Below, one piece after another: positions 1-12,908 of a stretch of DNA of 64,000 nt (its first letter is position 1; every line of letters begins with the position of its first letter). The DNA comes from Macrostomum lignano. Its lineage: Eukaryota. The translations under genes and the position numbers were made by a program. The DNA lies in contig NIVC01004000.1 of NCBI GenBank assembly GCA_002269645.1, positions 1 to 64,000 on the forward strand. The letters are read 5' to 3'. Under the pieces are notes generated by a model. The model saw only the letters and a list, made by a program, of their open reading frames with translations. It was not told where the DNA came from and searched no databases.

Positions 1-3000
1 CGCTGAGAATGTCATTCTCGTTGAACATCTTCCCCTGATAGCGGTGCTCATAGTAGTTCGCTATTCTCTGACGAAGAGCTCTAGGAAGCTTCCGGTAGGC
101 CATGTATTCCTCCACTTGTTTGAACTGTGAATTGCGATAGGATGGCGCCGGTTATTGCTTTGATTAGTTGCTAAATGTAATTAGATGACGCTGGAGTAGT
201 CTATCACCAAATAGGGTTCTGTATACTGTATAGTTATTAAAGGAGAAGCCTGATAACTAACTAAGAAAGGCCTGAAGAACAATTATAGAGGTAGCTAAAG
301 AGTCTTCACCATCCTAATCAGATTTTATTTCCGTTTCTGTTTCATTAAAATTCCTGATTTAAATTCGGAGCACTTTGATGATAAAATATCAGCAATATTT
401 TTCAATGCCTTGCAATATCAATCTGTGACGATGAAGACATTCTCCGGCAGGACACACTTCCCCGGGAAGTGATTAACAGAGCAAGCTAAGATATTGCTAC
501 AACATTGTTAAGACGTTATCCCCCGAGCTCACTTTCTCCCGATACATTCGCTTGGACGTGTCGAAGCTCTGTATCAGTGCCGCGGCGTGGCCGACGAAGA
601 GAGCGTAGCACGACGAGCCGGTCATCATGCTGACGATGGTGATCCAGGCCTCGCTAATGCTGGTTGGCGGGTGCTGACCGTAGCCAATGCTTAACATGTG
701 GCTCATGGCCTTGAACAGAGCCCAGGTGTACTGTCGGAACCAGTGAGCGTCCTACAAGTAAAGATGGTGACAACGCCGTATCAGTTCGGTACTCGTAATG
801 TGAGTATAATGCATTTTCGATGGCGGTAAATCTCAATTAACTCTATATTTAAAATCCTAAAACTAGAGACAATATATAATAACATCTATGCAGCGCAGCA
901 AACAAAGATTAAAACATTCGACAGAAGTTAGGAATAAAGATTATGCATAAGTAGTAATAATTTATCGCTTACAACAAAAATTGGCAGGCAAATGGCAGGA
1001 GTGGAAGACATCTAAAAATTCATGACACCCATATTCTATTCTCTGTATCTACGTGGATGGATGCAGTGTGTAAATGTACTTTAAACTGTACCACCTAAGG
1101 GAGCCTGGTTTGTTGATCAAATGAGTCCGATGCATTCCAATAGCATACCGAACCAATATGGCCCTTCTGTAATTTGCTGTGGAATGCTATCGCCTAAATA
1201 TCTATATATAAATCAATAATTGTAAAAACTTGTTGGTCTACTGAAGAGAACAGCTGAACAAAATTATAGAAATATGTTTTTAATGCAGTGATGGGTACCT
1301 GAATGTTCAGCTTCCTAACCCAGGAGTCTTTGGGAAAGTCCTGTATCGACGGTACAAGAAACTGCAAGCAGCCGTTCCAGTGCGCTAGCAGCAGCATCAG
1401 ACAGACCAGATTGACAACACGAATGAACACGGAGGCTACATTCAACAGCTGAAACGGGGGTTACATTAACGCGAGTGCTTACTGTGGCTTGTGCTTATTT
1501 ATGTCATAGTGCCAGCATATTAATGATGCAGGTGCCTTATTGCACAAAACATAAAGTTAATAACTTTTTCCGACAGTGAAAAGATTGAGTAATTGCATTA
1601 CTTTATGTTTAGTAAATCCAGTCAGTTTAAAAATGCAAACAACGTAACAAAGATTTGTTTAACTAATTCGTTATTAGTCTTAGGCCCAACTTAGGTTTCT
1701 GTGTGCAAAACATTATTTATCTGGGAGCTACAAATCCTAATCTTGTTTCTTTTTTGAAGAAGTTTTAATGCTTTCATTTGGGGTAATTTACCAATCTTAT
1801 ATCATACGGGTCAGTGAAAACTTTTGCTAATTTTTTTAGTATCAACTACTCGAACTGTACTCGGTTTTCGACATAAGATGACATGACATGCTTGGAATCA
1901 AATTAAAAGGATATTCAAATAGATTTAGCACACTTTTTGACTCAGAGTCTTGGCAAAATCATAATTGGATTCTGAACACATGAGCAGTGATGGCAGGTAC
2001 ACTGACTCGTACAGATACAAATGACCACTCTTAAGTCACCTTCAAATTGCAAACGGCCACCCAAGACTGATCAGGGAAGTCTTGCAGTAGCGGGATTAAG
2101 AACTGCAAGCAGGCATTCCAGTGGGCCAGCAGCAGCATCAGCAGTACTAGGTTAAATATGCCTATGAACTTATTTGCTATGTTCAGCAGCTGCAACATAA
2201 GATGGTGAAAGAGTGGAAAAATGTTATGCATAGTTCTAGCCTTTTTACAGTGAATCAGTCATCACAGCTTTGAACAGGATTTTAAATAAAGTTCACTTTG
2301 AAATCGGTCGATAATTTTTCAAAAAACCTTTTTGAAATAATAAGCATTGTGTACATTTGAGAATTTATAGATTTTTTTTATATTTTCTTGTGGTGTGAGT
2401 ACTTTTAGCTGAGGATTTATCGATAATGTTATTTGTTTTCCTGAACTTATCGCCTAGTTAAATTTAGTTAAATCATTGAGTTTTTGCCGACATCCGGTTA
2501 ACGCAGTCAAATTAATTGGTGCTAGTCAGTCATTGCGTCAATTAAATTTAGAGCTGTCGTTTTTTATTCAGTGTTGTTGTTGATTATACCGTTTCGATTT
2601 CAAATTCTACAGAGTCAAATTCGTCAGTATGTAGCTATATGTTGCCATGGAGCAGCTAACAGCGAATGAACATCAACTTACAATTGAATAACCGCCACCT
2701 ACCTAAGTACCTAAGTTACGAAATGATTGATTTTGTTGCATTATGATGCAAAGCAAAGCATGACACGAGAGTGGCAGAAAGATATAGGGTGAGAGGGAGA
2801 CAGGAATACAGGCTGGCTGTAGAGACACAGAAGCTCACTTATTTCTTCGAATTTGAAGTGAAATTGGTAAGCTTTTTTACCCAAGACACATGCGTTTCCT
2901 ACCCGAGCAGAATGCAGTAAAGGTCTGAGCGTCTGAGCTAAGGACGTCTTAATCTTAGCTGACGAATTTCAGTTAGTCAAATTAGAAGTCGGTTGTCTCT

Positions 3001-6000
3001 ACTCTACCAACGACACTAGCTTAATTCTTGCTTGTCGGGAAAAAGGCAACCAAGTTGATAATTTGGCCATAGACATCAGCAAAATAAGGATGCCAGTAGC
3101 AACGTCTTATAGAAATTATGCTGCCTTTCCCGTCTATGTCTCAGTCTCTGGGCAAGGCCAAATCTACTGCTGCCAAATGGGAAGTCTTAACTTGGTTGGC
3201 CTAACTATTAACTTGGCTGACAAAAGAAATACTTTGGCTTCTCTCTGCTGCTTACCTTTGCATTTCATAATCAAGACTTATTTTTTTATATAATCTTCGT
3301 AGCTAGTAGCATTTTAATTCCAACCTCAGAAAAACACTATCGAAGTCTCATTATCGAAGTCAGGCTAACACAAACAGCCAATTAGGCTTGGAGTTATTGC
3401 AAAACTAGGCAGGTTCTAGTATCGGCATCTAGTATGCGCTAAGCGAGCGTGCGAACATCATCCGGTATTCGTGAATTGCCCGGGTCTACCGATTGCAGTG
3501 AACTGCGGCTTCACCTTTAATCCTTCCTTGGTTACCCAAGAGTCGTCTGGGAAGTCGTTGAGAAACGGCACAAGGAATTGGAGGCAAGCGTTCCAGTGGC
3601 CAAGGAGCAGCATTATTAGAATCAGCTTTACTATTCCAAGGCACTTTGTTGCAACTTGCAATAGCTGAAATTTATATTGATTTCTTACGTTACATTTTAG
3701 TGCACTAAATACTGGCGACTCGGAAAATGTAGTAAAATGTTTTATGCAAGTGACATGTGTTAGAAATGTACCAAACCAAAAAACTGCAGTAAACAAGGTG
3801 TTGTTACAGTAATTACAATTGATGAATTATGGGCGTTTAAAAATATCCTGGTATCTGTATGATATTGAGACGCAAAAGAGTTTGCAGCTTTGATAATAAA
3901 ATCCACTCACCTCTTCCCATTGGCTGACATAGCGAACCAATCGCGAGAGCCGTAGCAGTCTTAGCAGGCTGAGCAACTTGGCTAGACGTAGGATCCTCAG
4001 TGCTCGACCTGGATGAGCAAGGATTTGATGGGCTTTGGAGCTGTGCGCTTAAGTTGGTTTAGGTTTATTTCACTTCTACATCAGAGTGAAAAAATGGGGC
4101 ACCATTGGTGCTACTTGTCCTTGACCACTCTCATGGTGAGATATCGGCATATGGCAGCTGTTAAACTCACCCGCATGTACCAGTTGGCTAACATTGCCTC
4201 GCTGATTCAGAGCCAAAAATATATAATCCATTGGAATAGAGGACACTAGATCGAGAAAGAACCACGACTTGACGTAGTGTTGAGCTATCAGCTTTGGATC
4301 CAGTATGATTTCGTCCGCGAAGTCGTTTGTTATTACGCCTGCAATATTTGATAAAATTTAGATGCTTAAATAGGAAGTATAGAGAGCATCATGTCTTTCA
4401 CAGGTGAAGGAAAAGTCTGGAAACAAACCGGTTCGAAAGTTGACGGCAATATCGCTTAAAAAGATGGTGTCGGACAAGCAGTTAAATATGATCCAATGCG
4501 CGCTGAGGTCGTCGTTGAAGAACGATATCGCCACCGGTAGCACAACCAAGTTGGTTATCAGGAGGATCAGCATCAGGAGGTCCCAGTAGAAACTGAGAGT
4601 CACAAAGGAGGAAGCGGTGATGCATTTCCATTGAAGTCTGTCTAAAACTCTTCTTTGCTTAATTTTCAGAATGCGAGAGCTAACTGCAAATGAAATTGTA
4701 CTATTAAATAAAGAACAATGTCTCATGCGCCTTGTCTGTCAGGCTCATTAAAATAATTTTCAAGCGGCTCTGCGGGAGCCGCGTATGTTCGCCTTTGATG
4801 CATGTTTTGCGTAGCTTTCCGCAATGGAAAGAAGTGAAACAAAGAATTCCACCCGGTCCACCCGGCAGCTGGAGGAATGTAGCGAGAGTGAAGTGCCTGA
4901 ATGAGTGGAGGAACTTTCCATAGCTAGATGGTAGGCAAGTTGACAAATAGCACAACAATAGCATCTACATCGGTAGCGATGGAAGTACCCCGTTAAGCAG
5001 CTATGATAAAGAGCCTTGGTGCTGTGTTTTGAAATGGAAATTACCCAACTGTCTAGTAGCCCGCCAACTCTAGACAGGAGAGAAGCGTGATGACGAATGA
5101 TGGACAGTCAGGTTAATTAGGCCCATGGGTTGAGAGAGTGGAAGAGCATTGAAGAGTCGTGACTACAGTGTTCATGCTTTAGTTACTGGAAGCCGAGCCA
5201 AGCATAGTTGCTATACGTGTATAATTAGAGTAAAACTACAAATTGCTTGGACAATTGACTAACAGCCAATGTTAAATAAATACTGACTTCACGCCTTACC
5301 GAAAGTTGCTGCACGGATGAATGATCCATTTGCCAGACTGCTGCTGTCTCTGCTTCTCTTTTAACAGAGCGTTTTTATTGCCAAACAGCTTCATTGCCAG
5401 CTTGTTGTCCGACGGCTGGAAGAAGGCGAAGAACTGCTCTTTCAGGTAGCTGGACGTGCTCTGCTTCTGATCTTCGGGCAATTCACAGCCCGTCTCCAGC
5501 ACTGCAGCATCGTCTAGTTGGCTGTTAGAGTCGCATTTCTCAATGCAATCGGGCTGCATGCATTGCTGCTGTTGCTGCTGTTGCAATCCGTTCGATGGCT
5601 GCTGCAGAGACTGCAGCGAAGGATTCTGCTGGAGAGTCTGCTGCCTTCGAAGGGAGCCAAGGCGGGAGCCGATGCGGGACCTCAGGCTGGGCCAGCGGCG
5701 CACTTTGGAAGAATTCCTGCTTGGACTGTCCTGCTGCTTCTGGCCCTGGGAAGAGTAGCCGGAAAATTCCGTGCACGACTCCATCGATTTTGACGACTTC
5801 CGGTTTGGAGGAGACGCGGAGGTGCACACAGAAGAGGAGGCTGCGGCTGCCGAGTTGGCAGGTGCTGCCACGGATGATGAGGTGTCGAGCGATTTAAAGG
5901 CCCGCATAGCTTTCAAATCCGGACGGCGCGTTCTCGGCTGTGGCTCAGGCGGGGTCTGGGAGTGCTGACCGGAGGTTGCAGCTGACTGCTTGCTCAACAG

Positions 6001-6144
6001 GCGCAGCCCGAAATCATCAACAGGCAGAGACTCGCTGCGGTCTATCAGAGCAGTGGCGCTGTCGGAGTCTGCATGGTTTTGATGGGGTGGGTTTGGACTG
6101 GAGTCTGATTGGCTATAAAAGTCTTGCTTGCAGACCAATCTCAA
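1..6144 (-). CDS. HCN: HCN (Ih) hyperpolarization-activated cyclic-nucleotide-gated channel; multi-exon, 3' part (CNBD) beyond left edge; exact start codon uncertain
   Basis: Exons on minus with GT-AG and matching phases: ~6144(?)-5300 (...[11 protein letters not shown]), 4592-4429 (FYWDLLML...NFRTG), 4338-4171 (...[18 protein letters not shown]), 4008-3911 (S4 [32 protein letters not shown]), one of 3664-3515 / 2189-2040 / 1448-1299 (S5), 751-533 (pore [11 protein letters not shown]6), 124-1 (C-linker [14 protein letters not shown]). The ORF-track start at 6144 is TTG, so the true 5' end is unresolved. Confidence 0.96.
1299..1448 (-). CDS. HCN: HCN alternative S4-S5/S5 exon C (most canonical copy)
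   Basis: tttcag|CTG...CAG|gtaccc, 150 nt, phase 0/0: [50 protein letters not shown]. Confidence 0.93.
2040..2189 (-). CDS. HCN: HCN alternative S4-S5/S5 exon B
   Basis: ttgcag|CTG...AAG|gtgact, 150 nt, phase 0/0: [50 protein letters not shown]. Confidence 0.9.
3515..3664 (-). CDS. HCN: HCN alternative S4-S5/S5 exon A
   Basis: tttcag|CTA...AAG|gtgaag, 150 nt, phase 0/0: [50 protein letters not shown]. Confidence 0.88.
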
Positions 6145-8510
6145 AGTTGACTGGCAATGAAATGAAAAACATAGGAAACTGAATAAGAATTTCGACCCTA
6201 ATAAGATTCAACTGAGATGAAATCTCACTTCGCGAGCGTGCATAAGACTATCGTGAGACTGCATTGAGGATAAATAAATCAAGATGTATGTTATTGTGCA
6301 GGATATTCAAACTACAAGCAACGGAAACGGGTTTCGTGACCGAATCTCCGGTATCAGTTGAGTCCCAGTTTCCAGACGGGTTCATGAATGTTTCCCGACT
6401 AGCAAGCTAGAGGATAAAAGTGTACAGTTCAAGTTTTCGCGCCTGCATGGTGCTCAATATTCGATCAGGCCGAATTGAGACTTATTTATCCTCAACTCAG
6501 CACCATAGTCGCAGAACTATGACAGGCAGTCATCGCTCAGTCAGAGTCAGCAGCGCGAGTTCTGTTAAACTTCGGCTAAATTTGACGGCCCAATTTGAGA
6601 TGCCTCCGCCCGCGGCGAGTGCCACCAGTCAGCTAGGATCTAGATGCGGCTTAGTGCGCATCGAGATGCCGCTACGAGAGTATGCACTGTGCATCAGCTG
6701 GTATTGCATCGGCATAACTTGTTCTTGTGCAGACTTTTCAGTTCTACCGCCTACCAGATAGCTGACTTCATCCAAAAATGTCCTAATACTATTCGTGTAC
6801 TTTTATCATGTCTATGCACTATTAGCGTCAAATATCCATCTACATGTAGTGGCTAATAAATAGCATGAAATTAAAGTCAAACTAGAAACTGATAGCTTCT
6901 TATTTTGACATTCAGTATTTTGAACTTGTTGACTATATGAAAAAATTAACATATTATATTACTAGTACACTACTTATGGAACACTATAATTTTCAGTAGT
7001 ATACCAAGAGAAAAAACGGTCAATTCTTTTAGTTTTGATCATGGAAAATGGCTGCTCGCCTTATACTCGTAGCCACGAATTTAACAGGTATAAAACACGC
7101 CCTTGCGACTCAAAGAGTTAGTAACAAGCGACAAGGACTAATAAAGTTTGTTACACTAAAACAAACAAGGATTGTGATACATGAGTTGATAGGATTAACT
7201 CGAGGACTTCCTGAGTAGATGTTTCTTTCTTCGCAGTTTAGAGTCAAAAGGAACTCGTATAGATCTATAAATAAAAAAACATTCCCAAACAGAAAAAAAT
7301 ATGAGTTCAAAGGCGGAGTCGCTGCAAAAAATCTGACTGCTCATCCTTGAGAATTTACTCAGCACTTACGCCCCCAGTATATCTATAGTGTACGGAGTCA
7401 TCACGTGTTTCTTCGGGCGCATAAATACATATTACATATTAGGCTTTTTTCCGATCCTATTTTGCCTGAGACCGCGATCGAAAATTAGAAGGCCCTCGGG
7501 CTTCCGCCCCGGTCTCACCTGTCTCTCCCTTTGTGTCCCGTATCGTCTTCAAGCCAGGCTATCTGCCCACCCCAATGCGGTCTCTTGTTTCCCCTGTATA
7601 TGCATGCTGTGTGCTCTAGACATCAACTAGTGCACAGATCACTGTCACTCAGATTGCAAATTGGGCTCGGGGTCGAGAGGGTTGACGACTTCATCGGATT
7701 ATATACAGATGAAAGCGAGAGGATCGGGCATGTGGTGAAAAAAATCTTGGGTGTGGAGCTAAGATAGGTTGGATAATTATACCGCAAGGTTACTGCAAAT
7801 AATGGATGTCGCATTAAAGGCATGAATAATTCTATAGCACTGCGCCGAGCCCAGCGCACTCCCGATGGACTTGGTTTCCCTTACTAATTTCCTTTGCCAT
7901 GTATGCATCCTATGTAACGCCAATGGTACCGGCAACCATAAGAATATTGGACTTTTGTAATGCCACTAAGACAAACTCTAAGCTTTCGATCGAGTCAATG
8001 GTGTATCAATTCCGGGTGGCGCTAAAAATCTAAAATCAAAATCATTTTAACAAACTCAATTCTCTAACTAGCCAATGCGTTTCGACAGTTATCTTTGCCC
8101 GCCGATGTTTGTCAACTAGAGGGGTGTTTCTCAGAGCAAATTTTTATCTTAGGTTCCAACGTAGCCCTGAGGTTAGGATACATAGGTGTTTTATGAACCA
8201 GACTCGAAGAGAGAAACAATCGAAATTAAGAGTGACAGTGTTTCATAAAAGAAGAGATAGTCTGTGGTGAACCCCGTCCCGATGTGGACAAGGATTTGTC
8301 CTAAGTCGAATAGAATTGATATTTGACATATCTCAGCTCATCCACTGTGAAGAATATATGACTACAAACATTGACGGTCCGTAGCAATTATCAGACGAGT
8401 GACTTGGCATTTGTCGGCAACTTACACTTCTATTGTCTAGACGAGAAATCCATGATCCCCACCAAGATGGCTCAGTCTTAACTGGCATCGATGTTGGAAG
8501 TGACGATCGG

Positions 8511-8710
8511 TTAGATGTGACGAGGTTACAAGTGACGAGGTTATGTGACGAGGTTAGATGTGACGAGGTTAGAAGTGACGAGGTTAGAAGTGACGAGGTT
8601 AGAAGTGACGAGGTTAGAAGTGACGAGGTTAGAAGTGACGAGGTTAGAAGTGACGAGGTTAGAAGTGACGAGGTTAGAAGTGACGAAGTTAAAGGTGACG
8701 AGGTTAGAAG
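8511..8710. repeat. 15-bp minisatellite (GAAGTGACGAGGTTA), about 13 copies
   Basis: Direct tandem repeats visible; explains ORFs 8333-8755, 8433-8780, 8541-8825 and 8545-8742. Confidence 0.95.
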
Positions 8711-9985
8711 CAATATTGGAACGCACAAACAATTCAGTATAAAGTTCGTGCTCAACTTGGAAGTTAAGGATCAGCCCTAGGACGCAGTTTGTAAAACATC
8801 CACTCCCTTTGATCCATCTTTGCACATTGTGTAATTATTTTAGCGTAGCCTAGAGTTAATAGTTGTAATGTTTATTAACTTATTAGCCGATATCGTTATA
8901 CACAGCGTAATGATCCAATCTGGAACATGGCCATATAGGTAAAAAAAACATCACAATTTGTAGAGTGTCAGGTGTACAGATCTTATGTACTGTAGCCAAT
9001 ATTGAACTTCAAACTTTCTCTAATTGATCTGAATGCCTAACTAAGTTTTTCAAGAATGAGCTTTACTTTTATAAAGCAATAAACGCACAGTAAAGGCGAA
9101 GAATAGATCAAAGGGTGACGTGGGTCTCTACCGAAGCGTACAGAGTGCATCATTTAATCTTTGGAGCAGCTTATAAACTAGTATAGCCTGGCTCCGAAAT
9201 GCACTGCAATAACGCTGGAGCAGTCTATAAATGGCATGGACAATATTTTATAATAGCATATAATACATTTTTGTGTATAATAAATACAAAGCTATCGTAC
9301 AGGATCAATGAGGTTTCTCAGTTCCAGTCTCTTTGTTGCCGGACTTACTATAGATTTATTCTCCTATCTGTTTCCTATCTGTATCTGTTTGTTACAGTTA
9401 TCATTTTGCTACCAAGGTATTATTGATTCTCGAGCTTGTTAATAGATTCAGAGTGTCAGAGGTCGTCACATGCTCTCTCCTAAAATAATAGATTTTCTGT
9501 TGTGACCTCACAACAACTCTGAAGTCGTGTGACGCGCCGTAGCTTTTTTGGAACTTGTCAGTAGGCAGCCAACAGTTTTTACAGCCGAGTGAGCTGAGGG
9601 TAAGTCGGACAGTTTTTTTGTATTTGTCTGACTCCAGACACCCTAGCTTCATCAAAGGCTTCATTGTAACACCTTCTCTACATCCGGTGTCTCCTCTGTT
9701 GTGACTGAAACAGTCGCACAATTCGCATTTGCTTCCTTGAAGCCTTTTTCTTTCCTGTGGCTAACATCATAATTCTATAATCCTTGTTTGTCCCTTTTCT
9801 ACGAGTAAATAAAGAGAAAAAGTTTTTCCAAAGGACAGTTGTCACTTTGATTTAAGATTTGGATTTTAATCTCATCCTTACTTTCAAACTTTCACCCTTT
9901 TAGGCTCTTTACCTCGGTTGTCACGAGCAATAGCTTGAACGTCTTTATCCCTTTCATATATGGTTCTCTTAAACATCTCTAGTAA

Positions 9986-10347
9986 GGGAGTCCGTAGCCC
10001 AGTGGTCAAGCGCGTCGCTCTGATCTGCCAGCGGCCGAGGCTCGAGTCCAAGTGCAGTCACATTAATTGTGGCTGAATTGGAATCTTGGCTTGGCTCTGC
10101 TCGTGCAATTAACGGCCTTGAGGGCCAACCCCCAAGGCACAGTGAAGTGTACATGCCTAACGATAAATAAAGTTAGGGCCGCTGTGCACTCCTGTGTGAG
10201 TGTGCGCCTGTTTGTATGACTGAGTACGTATCCGCGCAAATGTGTGCCTGCTCAGGGGAGTCGGCGGAATGAGCAGCAATGCCTCTCGCCTGTTGTGTGA
10301 CAATGTCACTTAAAGTGCGCCACAGCCCCCTGGCCTCTAATAAAAAA
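9986..10347 (+). mobile_element. tRNA-derived SINE, family 1
   Basis: A-box-like TAGCCCAGTGG, B-box-like GGCTCGAGTCC, A-rich tail; collinear with the copy at 58008-58368. Confidence 0.85.
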
Positions 10348-12908
10348 TGACGTTACTGAGCTCGTGTCTCAGTGAGGCGCATGTATATTGCTGTAGTCAG
10401 GAGAAAATAATCAGTATTCGTGAGCACTCACCACCGTATGGTGCACTGCCAATGGTCTGCTGTCGGATCATTTTTCTCAGCAGAGATCTGTCAGTTCTCG
10501 ACTGCCCTGACCTCGAGGCCGCGGCTCTCGTGTAAATGTGCGCCGGAGACGCCTGCGGCATCATCGGCCTGCAGTCGTCGTATTCGTAGTTTATCATATT
10601 CTATTTTAGCGCGACTGAATATTGCACCAATAATCTCATGCAATATGAATCCAGTTCAGGTTTAAACCAGATTTTCAGCTTTAAAATTTATCACAGTACC
10701 GAGTGGCGCACGCAAGTGGAGACTCCTCGGTAAGACGGGAAAGCAAGCAGTAGAATGAATGCCCAGGAGAAATTCATCCGCTCCTGCTCAGTCCGTGCAG
10801 AATCGTGCAGACGCACTCCAATTGGTTGTGGCGCAGGCTCCGACTCTGGACTGTGGGAATTCTGCACGCGAATGAGCTTTCTGCATGGCCTGCGTGACTG
10901 CGAGGCTCAAGCGAAAGGCATGGCTGAGCAGGGCCGGGACATCCGCTCCCAACAAGTTCTCTCTAGGGGCTGCATCTGGATCTTTTGTCTCTGTTGCTTC
11001 TGAGTGGCTCAATAGGAATTCTAGCTGCCTTGCCTCCCCTTTGTCCCCTCCCCAGGGATGGCTGTGTACAGCACCTCTTCCAGTACGCAATAATCTGAGC
11101 TATGCAGATGTGCGTCTGTATGGGAATGACAATCGACAATCAATAATAGGCATAAAATTAATTGGGCCTTTGAACTCTTCCAATTAAATTTCATACAGCT
11201 ACTCTCTCCACCCGCTCACCATCTCCTCTTACTCTAGTAGCAGCAGCAGTGCAACATTACGCTCGGCTGCTTCGGGCGAAAAAGCATTGATTAGACTAGT
11301 GATTTTCAGTTATGTTGCAAACATTATTGAGAAACTGAAGGCCGCTACTCTGTGAGTGAATAAAAGGCATCACCTGAAAGGTGAGGCAAAGGGCGAGACA
11401 GGAGGGGGGCAGGGAAAGAGATTAAAAGCCGACAAGGGAGATAACGATGATTACAACTTGGCAGTCATGGGCTGAACCTGTCCAGTCGAACAATAATTAC
11501 ATCCCGGATTTGCAGTTGAATTACCTTCGCTGGCTTAATCAGTCGGAGCCATACGCTGCTCTATTTGATTTACTGGGATTTAGTATAGCTCTAGTTTAGT
11601 CCTAGGCGGTAAATCCGTTAGTACCTTGTGACCTTTCAATTTTGAAGCCAAAGTTCTGATGAGCTAACCCTAAAAATTATTTTATAAATACTGTCATACG
11701 AGCGTAGTGAAAGTTTCTATCGATCCTTTCTCAATCCACACCTGGAGGCTTGCGGGCACCCGGGCCGCACTCATGCACACGCTCACACGGGGTGTACAGT
11801 AAAGATTTATTCAAGATTGCACCTGATTGGGCACTCGTTATAAACGCTTTAGCAGTAAATGTTGTGTATATAGTGGCCTGTGTGATTAGTAATAAATGAG
11901 CTACATCCACGCATGAGCACTTGATCTGGCTCTCATCCGCTTCATTCTTTGTTTCCTGGGCTATTTTATTGCTATATGCTTTCCTGCCAAAGCGTGTCAC
12001 TGTGTGGCACAATGCACTATCCGACCCCACAATCTCAGTCCGCAGCTGCTCGGTTCACCTATGTGCTTATTATTCCCCTACTCCCATTAAATCCCCATCC
12101 GGCCCTTCAATTGCCTTGCCCAGCTGCGTGCCTCCAGTCTCTCTGCCGAGGCAGTTGAGGCAGTAAAGCCAAGCCAAGGAGAGCCAGAGCCAGAATCTGG
12201 ATGCGGTTTCTCATTCTATGCACAAATTTACTTTACAGTAGAAACACTCGGCTCATTGTTCAGGTCATTTCTACCGAACCTGAGTAAATAACCATTGGAT
12301 TCCAAGCAATAACCTGCAGTGAGCATGCAGTCGGAGGTCAAATAGGTTGTGTGTGTTGCATGACGCAAAAAAGTTTTTTAGTCGAAGTTTTGCCAGGGGG
12401 TTGTTGTGCAATTCACACCTTTGATCGGCGATTCTTAGGGCACACAGAGTGTACGTGCCTGACGATTAGACAGTCAAAGGAACGCTGTACACCCCGTGTG
12501 AGCGTGTGTATGAGTGCCTGTGTACGGTATTGGCGCGCTTGTTTGCTCTCAGCTTAGAGTTGTCTGAAAATATGAGGGATCTAGAAAGAGTTGCCACTCC
12601 AGTTTCTGGTTGCGAGGTTCCTTGGCCAAGCCTACGAGCTCCGTCTCCACCCGCCTTTGGCCATCGGCACATCCTTTTTCCTAACGTTCTGCGCGCTGAA
12701 CTTCAGGCTGAGGTCAATAGCAAAGGAGAGTTGGACAAAGGAGTATTACTGAGAATGGCCCACTCGTACCCAAGCGCTGACTTATTCAACAATGCCAGCA
12801 CAAAGCGGCTTGGTTTTATTATTCTGCTCAGTGCTTTTGTGCGAAGCTGCCGTCCTCAAATTAGCTTCCTTGTGAGAATTGCACGTAGAAATTACAAACT
12901 AATACATG

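Larger units (their letters stand above)
7623..10597 (-). other. Possible uncharacterised multi-exon gene; exon chain not resolved
   Basis: Several open, Cys-containing segments bounded by plausible AG/GT sites (about 10597-10430, 9704-9500, 9224-9130, 8810-8750, 8481-8426, 7793-7623). Only some junction phases agree and no family is recognised. Confidence 0.25.

Noticed and set aside
2190-3514. A fourth, degenerate HCN S5 exon copy in the long intron
   Set aside because: No HWNxCLQF-like remnant found in any minus-strand frame I read.
752-3910. Docking/selector RNA pairings controlling the HCN cassette
   Set aside because: By eye I found only short local hairpins (for example GCATTCCA...TGGAATGC near 1130-1188) and no convincing shared complementarity; this needs computation and comparative data.
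8333-8825. Overlapping repeat ORFs (DEVRS, VTRLE, LVTSN, SSLLT)
   Set aside because: All come from one stop-poor 15-bp minisatellite. The same applies to ORFs at 16003, 26273, 44560 and 46785.
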